Assembly (NCBI RefSeq): GCF_011745625.1
Contig: NW_027191475.1
Location: 1-64,000, forward strand
From: Cladosporium halotolerans
Taxonomy: Eukaryota
DNA: 64,000 bases
Direction of reading: 5' to 3'
The translations under genes and the position numbers were made by a program. The notes beneath the pieces are model-generated. The model saw only the letters and a program-made list of their open reading frames with translations. It did not search any database and was not told where the DNA came from. Positions 45,804 through 54,601 of this stretch are shown here, piece after piece. Positions within the stretch are counted from its first letter, which is position 1, and each line of letters opens with the position of its first letter.

Positions 45804-48091
45804 TTCCACTTGCTGCCGGCCTGCCCTGCTGGGACGGCGGTCGCATTCAGCCCTGCTCCACCGCCAGCGCCAGCACTACACTACACGGTAACCACCTTGG
45901 GTACCCACCCACGCACTGTTTCACTCTGCAGGACATCGAGGGGTGCGCCGCGATGATCTTTGTTTGTTGTGGATTGGGCCTTTTTTCGCGCTGCTCTGCT
46001 TGGAAGTGATATCCTCTTCTGATGCTTGCGCCATCCATCGTCTGCCCTCTGCCATCTTCAATCGCGGCGTCTACCCGCGGCCTGACAGGTGTGCTATTCC
46101 TGGCCCTCACTCGCCACTGAGCAAGTATCACCGCGCCGTTACGACCGGCCCTGAACTCACTCGCCCGCCGCGGTCCGCGCGGCCGCACCGGTCGGCCACA
46201 TCGCAATTTGTCTCCCTCAAAAACCCTCGGCCTCAACTCGGCTCTCCAATCTCCCCATGCCGGTCTTCAGCCGCGTGCGCGGTGGAGGGAGGAAGAACGC
46301 ACTGCCGGCCTGCTGGCTCCTGGAGAGTGCCGTCCGTGTGCCTCGCTCGTGCAGTCTGCGGTCGCTGCGGCTTCTGGCCAGAACAAGGCAGGGCAGGCCA
46401 GGGTTGACGATCACGATGTTGTGCCAGCCTCACGGGCCAATCGACCTTGAAATCTCACGTGCAAGGGTTTTTCTTTCTCGTCGCAGGGCAGGTTTGGATT
46501 CGCCGTTTGCAGGGACTTTCTGACGCGATGCCGGAGGCCTGAAACGAGCATGCAGCTCAACACCGTTGGCTCATCGATGATCGTCAGCTTAGGATGAGTG
46601 TCTTATGTATCATTTGCGAGGCTGTGGGAGGTGCGAAATTTTGCTTCCCTCCTGTGTCACTTTGATCGCCAATCCGATCTCGTCAATCTTCGTGATCGTC
46701 TTGGGATGCATTCGTGCTGCGCTTATAGGCGATTGCCTTTTTCGTTGTGTACAAGTAGGACGTTGGATATAGATGCCTATATTTTCATCCATTATCCTTC
46801 ATTTCAAGCTGGCGCCTGTATCACATCACCAACCAAAAAAATCATCACACTCGCACCCACCCCCAGCCGCACCTGAGGCCATCGTATAGCACATCACATC
46901 ATGACGTGAAGCGCCCCGGTGGCATGTACTTGTGTGTACCTTGGTAATTGTCGCAGTGCTCAACGTCGGACAGTCGGCCTTTCCGGACAACGACCTTCCA
47001 CCCCGCTCTCCCTTCCGATTAGACAACCCCAAACAGCCCCCCGAGATAAATTCTTGGTATGATGCCACGACATCTCACCACCCACTCTTCACGCGGAAAA
47101 TCCCACGACTGTTGTCGCGGTGCTGTCTTCACGCGCCGCTACCCACTGGCGCAGCACGCTATAATAACAAAGACAACACCGCCAGCGAAGCGCCTAGCTG
47201 AGGTCAGGTCAGGTAAGATTTCCGACCGACGCTGTCTGCACAGCAGCATGTCTACGTACTCCTCGCCGCAGCGGGAAACCCCCGGCCTCGTCCGGCACAA
47301 ATTCCTACAGGTATTTCCACGAAACACGCATTGGCATGCTCCCTCCCAAACCCCCCAAACCTAGGTACCGAAAAAAGAGAAACAGGAAGAACTCACTCCC
47401 AGCCCTAAACACCACCACTCCATTTCTCCTACTCCTTCTTCTACCTACAGTGCAGTAAATACATACGTACGCCACGCAGAGTGCAAAGCACAACGCCTCC
47501 GATCTCGGCCTGCGCTTTTTCCTCGGCTCGCGCGCCCGCCGTGCCCTAAGTTCTGTTGCGCAGCCAGCAAGCCACCACCGCCTGACGTACCACGCACCAC
47601 GGTATTGCTATTCTTGGGTTGCGTTTGCGGGAAGGTAAGGTGCTGAGGGTACGTACTGCGAAATGCTGGTGGAGTCTTTTTTCTTTTCGTGGCGCTGCGC
47701 GAGGCTGGTAGGGGGGAGCGGTGTGTACGTACGTACGCGTGCGACTGGTGTAGAGGGTGAGATGCGCTGCGCTGCGTTGCGCTCGTGGGTGGGGTGCCGG
47801 GGCGTATGGCTTTCTGGTTGATGGAGAGGTTGGCTTTTGGTACCGGGGGGTCTCGTGAGGAACGTGACCTGGCGTGGTCGGCGGTGAGCTGGTTTGGGGT
47901 CGCTGGAGGATTGCTGGTTTTCGGTCGGCGTGGGAGGAGTGCTGGATGCAGCGATGCGATCGCGCTGTTGCATTTCCCTGGCGGCCATCTTGGGCTCATG
48001 CAACCAACCAACCGGCGCATGGCAATTCACCTCTTTGGGTTGTTGTGCTCGTGGCTCGTTGATCAGTCACCCTCTAAACCTCCCCATTCAC

Positions 48092-49786
48092 TCATCCACA
48101 AACCATTCCCTCCTTAGGCACTTCCACCTTCTCAGCCTCCTTCCTCTCCCCCTCCCCAACCTTCACCTCCTCCGCCCTCCCCCCAGGCGGCAACCCCACC
48201 TCCCTCGCCTGCTCCTTCCCCGCCTGCTCCTTGCCCGCCTCCAACTTCGCCAAATCCCTCTTACTCAACTGAATGCTCCCCTTCTCCATCGCCTCCCTCG
48301 GCAACGGCCGCACCTTCGCCTGACACACCCAAAACGGCCTCCGGCACCTCTTCACCGCCCCATCGCTGCTCAGCGCCTCCTCCTCAAGCCCCACGCCCGC
48401 CAGCGCCTCCGCCTCCGCGACCTCGTACGCCTCAGGGTGCGCGGCGTAGTGCTGCAGCCCGGCCCGCACGGCGCCCTCGACGAGCGAGAGCACGTGCTCG
48501 TACGCGCCCATGTCCCCGCCTTTGCAGCGCGCCAGCGCGTCGCGCACGTCGGTGTGCTCGGTCACGAGCGCGCGCAGCATGTGGAAGAGGTGCGCTTGCA
48601 TGGCGCTGAAGTTGGCGTCGCGCCCCCGCTGGGGGGCGGAGGGGCCGCGTTTTTGCTTCTTGGGGGCGGGCGCGGTGTCGGTTTCGGGCGCTTTGCGCTT
48701 GCTGGGGTCTTGGAGGGTTTCTGTCGCTGTTTCTGTTCGTGTTTCTGCTTGTGTGGAGGGAGCGGGTGTTGGTTCGGGCGCGGGGTCTGAAGGGAGGTAG
48801 AGCGGTGCGCGGGCCGGCGGCGTCTGGCTCAGGACGTGCTCGTAGATGATGTCGAGGTAGCGGCGGAGGACTGCGTCGGCACGGTAGCCGCCCTGGCCGC
48901 TGCGGCCGCGCCAGTACTCTCTGCCTTCTTCGCCGACGGGCGGCGGCGGCGCGAAGATGGACGGGTCGTAGAGGTTGCCTTCGGCGCTCATGATGCCGTC
49001 GACGCCCGTGGCGTCCATGCACTTCTGCAGGTCGCCGTGCTGCAGCACGTTGCCGTTCGCGAACATGACCGTTTCCGCCGGCAGGTTGTCGCGCAGGTAC
49101 CGGATCACGCTCCAGTCCGCCAGCCCCGTCCAGTGGCCCTTCTGCTCCCGCTGTCGTCCGTGGACGGTGAGGATGCTCGCGCCGGCGCTGAGCACCATCT
49201 TCGCGTACTCCAGCGTCTTCTCCCGCGTCTCCAGCACGCGGATCTTCGCCGTCACGGGGATGTCCAGGTTCAGGTGCAGCTTGTTGATCAGCCGGTAGAT
49301 CAGGTCCCAGTCTTCTTGCAGGAAGGCGCCGTAGTTCCCTCGCTTCGCGATGCCTTGGGGGCAGCCCAAGTTCAAGTCCACAGCGTCGCAGTGGGGCTGT
49401 ACGATTTTGGCAGCCGCCAGCAGCGCATCCGGGTCGTTCGCGCAGAACTGCATGAACAGCGGCCTGTCGATCTTGGGGTTTCCGTCCAGATGCGGCTCCG
49501 CCCCTTCGCTCAGCGCTTTCTCTTTCTCTGCGTCCGCGGGCTGCGGTTGTCCGTCGGGGCCCTTCATGGGCTTGAAGTGCTCGTTGCGGTAGGCGGGCTT
49601 TTCTGAGAATAGTTTGGCGTGCATCATGGGCGAGTAGGCTAGGACTGATGTTCGCTGCTCGGCGGGCATGAATGAGCGTGTGAGGAGCCGCCAGGCGAAC
49701 TCGCTTTGGTCGACCATGGGCGCGACAATGTATTTGGGCGAGCCGATCGACTCGTAGAATGCGCGGCCGCGCAGTTTGGGCGCCAT
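48092..49786 (-). CDS. DUS1: tRNA-dihydrouridine(16/17) synthase
   Basis: YIVAPMVDQSEFAWRLL, DRPLFMQFCANDP, AVDLNLGCPQGIAKRGNYGAFL, VTAKIR, LTVHGR, FANGNV, GIMSAEGNLYDP. The start is taken at MAPKLRG. Confidence 0.96.
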   Translation of the reverse strand: MAPKLRGRAFYESIGSPKYIVAPMVDQSEFAWRLLTRSFMPAEQRTSVLAYSPMMHAKLFSEKPAYRNEHFKPMKGPDGQPQPADAEKEKALSEGAEPHLDGNPKIDRPLFMQFCANDPDALLAAAKIVQPHCDAVDLNLGCPQGIAKRGNYGAFLQEDWDLIYRLINKLHLNLDIPVTAKIRVLETREKTLEYAKMVLSAGASILTVHGRQREQKGHWTGLADWSVIRYLRDNLPAETVMFANGNVLQHGDLQKCMDATGVDGIMSAEGNLYDPSIFAPPPPVGEEGREYWRGRSGQGGYRADAVLRRYLDIIYEHVLSQTPPARAPLYLPSDPAPEPTPAPSTQAETRTETATETLQDPSKRKAPETDTAPAPKKQKRGPSAPQRGRDANFSAMQAHLFHMLRALVTEHTDVRDALARCKGGDMGAYEHVLSLVEGAVRAGLQHYAAHPEAYEVAEAEALAGVGLEEEALSSDGAVKRCRRPFWVCQAKVRPLPREAMEKGSIQLSKRDLAKLEAGKEQAGKEQAREVGLPPGGRAEEVKVGEGERKEAEKVEVPKEGMVCG

Positions 49787-50559
49787 GGTCGATTGGAGGC
49801 GCGTGGCAGTCCGGGTGGGTTGGTTGGCTTGGAAGTTGGTGAGAGGATTTTTCTGCCGTGTGCAAGCGCTCCAATGGTATAGCTGGCGCAGCATATGGTG
49901 TGGAGATCGGTTTTGCAGGGAAGGACTGAATGGATCTTGGATGGTGGATTCAAAGTTCACAAGAAAGTCCAAAAGATCGGCAACGGACATGCAGCGCGAG
50001 TCATGCGGCGGCATCCTCGATCCTTCATCCCAATCACGCCCCTACTTTCGAAGCCACAGCAATGCTAATAAGTACGGTCGCTTGCCTTCTTGCAGGGCAG
50101 TTTCAGCGTTACCTCCGCCATTGGTACATTCGCGCCAAAACATGTTGACGAAAAGCGCTGCATCATGCTGGAGCTCCTGAATGGGACTTATGCCTATCAC
50201 ATCGATCAAAAACGCGATCCTTTGGCTGTTCCTATCCGTCCATTTCTCTATTCGCACAACTGATACTGGGCTGTAGAATTGTACCACAATGGGACTACCA
50301 GAGACTGGTCATCAAGTGCACCGACTCCCGTCGGGTCGAATCAAGAATCTACCTTTTGATTGCAGTCTGTGAAATGGCCCTGGCATCTAGGTCAACAGTA
50401 GTTCTGGATCATGAAACACGCATCCAACAAGGCAACGCTTGGATGAACTGGAATCTCAGCGGGTACGCTACACTCACAAGCCCCGCTCCCTTCGCCATCG
50501 CCCCTAAGCCCCCTACATCTCGTCCTCTTCCTCGCTCTCGGCGGGCACAGGCCGACGAA

Positions 50560-51320
50560 CACGACCTTCTAAGGTAACCGTGCCATGTATGACAAAGGAT
50601 GACAAGGGTCAAGATGATAACCCTGTCGGCTGTAGTGAGCTCGCGGTGTCGGGGCGACCAAGAGTTGGAATGCCTGATGCCTGATATCATGACGCCGGTG
50701 TCTGGAACTGCTTCAAAGTCCGAAGTCGACGACAGCGGATAACAAAACAGGTGTTTGCAGCCAATCCTGCCGTGAAGGCGCTCAGCTTCTGTGAAAAGAC
50801 GCGCTTGACCCCGGTCATAGCCACATCCTCGCCAAATATCCGCGACGGCTACATCGACTCCCTAAAACCAAATATCGCCCACTGAGGCAATTCTCGATTT
50901 CTCTCCATTGCTCGCTCTCCCACCCGCCCGACACTCTTGTTTGTGAACGAACAGCTGTACCGCCGAACGGCAGTCCTGGCGCAAATAATCCTGGAGTTCG
51001 TTGCGCGATGAAAATTCGCAGCTGCAGCTCGTGCAGGTAACGGCTGGTGAGACTGCCTGGCTGTCGATTCCTGGGATGTTGACGTGGAAGCTACAGTCGT
51101 CTTCGGTGGGCTCCTCCGCCTCTGCAGCATCGTCGTGGTCCCGCGGATTCAAGGTCCCCAACAGCAAACACGACGACACGATTATCTGCCAGGCCGGCAT
51201 ATTCTGGCTTACAGCTACCAAAGTTCCGAAACCAGTGACTGCAACTACGCCTCCGACCAAGACGTCGGCCGACAAATTCACAAGAGCTGCTTAGCGCTTC
51301 GACTTCGATTGAACCTATGA
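50560..51320 (-). pseudogene. Decayed relic with a C2H2/C2HC-like zinc knuckle, possibly Ty3/Gypsy gag-pol derived
   Basis: CTSCSCEFSSRNELQDYLRQDC at 50970-51035 after an acidic stretch. The frame is broken by stops on both sides. Confidence 0.35.
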
Positions 51321-52214
51321 AGTCTAGCCACGACTACTAATGAAATTTGGTGTTTCTCTATATATAGGATTAGCCAGGTCGTCATGGCCAGGACTCTCTG
51401 TCGTCGTTGAACTTCCTCCGCGTACCGCGCACCTTGGCTGCTGGGCCGCGAGGCGACGGTACGCCCGTCACATCCTCAGGTTGCCTGGTTCCAAATGCAA
51501 CACCAGTGCGCTACGAGTAGCTCTGCTAGCTCCGCGGTCGCCGAGTCGACCTTCGTTTGCGGGAGTGCGTACCGGACCCCTAAGTCGGTTTCTAATCGAC
51601 TACGTTCCCTAGGCCATTACTTCCGGCAGCATGACTCGACAGTGGCTCGGTCCCGGCCTCGTTCTTTTGCACGCGACGCTACACCGCACCCGTCGTCGCA
51701 CTCCTCGCCGTTGTGCCCCTTTCTGACCCCAACGCCGACTTAATCGACGACTTCGATGCGTATGAGGACGAGGAGGTCGACGAGAACGAGCCGCGGCGAA
51801 TACGAGTCTGCGAAGCTGCCTCGTCAGTGCCTGCAGTCGCCGCCGACTACGCATGTCGAACCCCAGTCCTGCCGAGATCTCACTTCTGGCCAGCCTCCTG
51901 ACTCACAATGAGCCCGCCCTGACCCTACGCCTAGACCGCGCTCCTAGGTCGAACCACCAGCCGCCTTCAGCTATGGAGATGGAAGATCTGGAGGGACCTC
52001 AGGATAACGTGATGTCGCCGTCCGAGATGGCGCACCGCCGTCGCGCTGGCCTGACCCCGGCTTCACTTCTGGCCCCGCCCGTCTCCCGCGGCACGTGTCC
52101 GGAGAGACTTCGTCCGATGCTAGATATGGCTTAGGAGGTTTTGATTCTGGGACTTGAAGATGGTTCCGATGAGTTGCCATGAGAGCACAAAGCTTCTTCA
52201 AGGAGTGCGGCACC

Positions 52215-52847
52215 TGTTACGGAACGTTCTAGCTTGGCAGCTTAGCTTGCTAGATAGCCGCGCCCTCTGGTAGCCACTTACAGATAGGTGGAGCGAAATT
52301 TGGGCCAGGATCGATTGACGATTGATAGGCTGATTGATTATGCCCACCTCCGACCAGAGGATCTGGCGTAGTACGAGAGTCCTAGCACTTACATGATGGA
52401 CGAGCCGAGCTCGAAGAGGCCTATAGGTTAACGGTAGTCGCTAATCAGGCTAGCAATTCCTTAGAGACTAGGATTGGTAGCATCTTTGTCAAAGACAAGA
52501 CGCTATCCTATTCAACGTCCCCTTTGTGGCTCAGTCGCACACTCTATAAGTTGATCGGCAATTCATTCATGGACTGTTGCGAAACAACTCTATTATGTAG
52601 CCTACCTCACCTTAGCCTCCGCCTTAACTAAGCTAACCTTTCTTGGGACCCATTCGCAGACCACCGCGCTTTAAGATCGTAGACCCAAAGGCACTTATTC
52701 ACTTGTGACGCCTGGATACTAGCATTACCATCAATCTCCGGCTTCATCTTGTAAATGTAGTTTCTGACCAGGCAATCTCTCCATCACGACACACGACACT
52801 TCAAGTTGTGTGCTTGAGGCTTTCTTTTCTTACTGATTATGGTAACA
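52215..52847. mobile_element. Solo-LTR-like element
   Basis: Begins TGTTAC (52215) and ends GTAACA (52847), a perfect 6-bp inverted terminus. No ORFs; TpA-rich. Shares motifs with 1-299. An alternative right end is ACGACA at 52791/52798. Confidence 0.5.
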
Positions 52848-52909
52848 ACCAATCGACCAATGAATCGTCAACTCTTGCAAATCTGAACTACTAGTCTACA
52901 AACCTGTAC

Positions 52910-53090
52910 CAATCAATCGAACAATGGCCAAAACCCTTTGACTGGTTGATTGTGTCAATCTTGGCCTCCGGAGGCCTTCGATGTCATACCAATAGTCATC
53001 GCACTAGAAACAAGTGATCTCCACTGAGATACTTCTTGGTCTCTCTCAGTGGCACTTGTCCTACTCAATAGGCCAAGGTTGATGGTATGA
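52910..53090 (+). ncRNA. Candidate structured RNA / fold-back block
   Basis: Stems 52910-18/52944-52, 52955-67/53070-82, 53010-16/53053-59, 53021-29/53044-52, and crossing stem 52984-91/53083-90. Confidence 0.35.
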
Positions 53091-53236
53091 GCTTCATGAA
53101 CATTCAGACGGCGTCTTCTGGATCGGACTTAGAATCTATGGGAAGATCTGGTGCCTTCTCTCGCCCCGCAGTGCTGCTACCATCGAGTTCCGTGACAGAA
53201 AGCGGAGGGCACCCATTGAGTCAGTTTCAAGAGCCC

Positions 53237-54492
53237 CTCAATGGTAGCACTCCATTGTCTGAGACCGGTAGCAATGGGAGCAGCTTGAGGGGAGCGGAGA
53301 CGATGTCAGATCTACCGGAATTTCTCTGAGTCCAAACGAGCTGGATCGCTCTCTCTCGATGAATGCACCCCGTTTTCTCTTACTAGCAGCGACGGGAGCA
53401 CCTCCACGGAGACATAGATGCTCTCGAATCCACTGGGTTTTCTCTAAAGCTGCTGAACCAGATCATGATCTCTCGTCGGCGCTAATACGGCTTCTGTAAA
53501 TGGCAACGATGGAAGCACCTCCACGGGAATAGAGATGCTGTCATATTCCAATGAAATCTCTAAGTCCAACAAGCCAAATCGCTATCTCTCGATGGGTCCT
53601 ACACGCTTTCTGTAAATGGCAGCGATGGGAACACCTCCGAAGGGTACGGAGATACCGTCAAATCTGTTGAGATTTGGCTAAGTCGAATGAGCTGGACCGC
53701 TATCTCTCGATGGACCGAACACGATTTGTGTAACTGACAGCGATGGGAGCACCTCCGAAGGGAACGGAGATGCCGCCAAATCTGTTGAGATTTGGCTAAG
53801 TCGAACGAACTTCACCGTTATATCTCGATGGGAGCACCCTATATTCTGAGACCGTGAGCGATGATAGCACCGCCACGGGGATAGAGATACTGTCAGAATG
53901 CACCAGAATTCCTCTAAGTCAACGAATGAAATCGCCGTTCCTCAATGGGACCAGACCGGTTTCTGGGATTACAATACATGGTAGCACCTCCAAGGGCGGA
54001 AGAGAAAGCAGTTATCACATGCTGCGATGACTGAGATTTGAGATATTCTTTGGAGTATCTCGGCGGAGGCACCCCATTCTCTGAATTTGACAGCGATGTT
54101 AGCACCACCAAAGGGAGGGAGAGACCAAGTTTCACGTGGTAAATTGCCCTAAGAAAGGGAAATCTTGGAGCCTATCTCAAAGGAAGCACCCCAGTTTCTA
54201 AGACCGGCGGTGAGGGTAGCACCTCCAAAGCGCAGGGGAGTGTGCGTTTCACATGAAAAATGGCCATATTACAGAGGAAATATTGAGCATACCCAAAGAC
54301 AAGCACCTCGTTTTCTGGGACGGGCGCTGACGGTAGCACCTCCAGGGCGCGGGAGAGATGGATTATCACATGACAAAGCGTACAATACATTGAGTCTTTT
54401 TGAAGATTTCCTCCATGAGAGCACCCTGTTTTTTGAGACGGATGCCGATGGTAGCACCTCCAAGGAGAAAGAGAAGTCGGGTTTCACATGGA
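53237..54492. repeat. Tandem array of 11 diverged 116-118 bp units, each with two GATGG(T/G)AGCAC boxes
   Basis: Box-2 AGCAC(C)TCC-like cores at 53279, 53397, 53514, 53630, 53748, 53866, 53983, 54101, 54218, 54335, 54453. Confidence 0.9.
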
Positions 54493-54601
54493 AAACACAG
54501 GTGCACATGTCAAATTCAGAGAAACAGAAGGCTTCCCTGCCTTCACTTTATTAATCGCGAGCATATCTACGTGCTCGCTCGTCACATGCCTATCTACGCC
54601 C

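Noticed and set aside
45170..48060. ORFs between the bZIP gene and the DUS1 3' end
   Set aside because: Low complexity, with no consistent splice model or recognisable domain.
49787..50014. N-terminal extension of DUS1 in the ORF track (likewise 63408-63845 for MSS51 and 19947-20006 for the MFS gene)
   Set aside because: Family-typical N-termini begin at downstream ATGs; the extensions look like UTR/promoter read-through.
53237..54492. Array as tandem 5S rRNA genes (period ~118 bp) or a true CRISPR array
   Set aside because: It does not resemble fungal 5S sequence. The repeats are degenerate and bipartite, the host is eukaryotic, and no cas genes are present.
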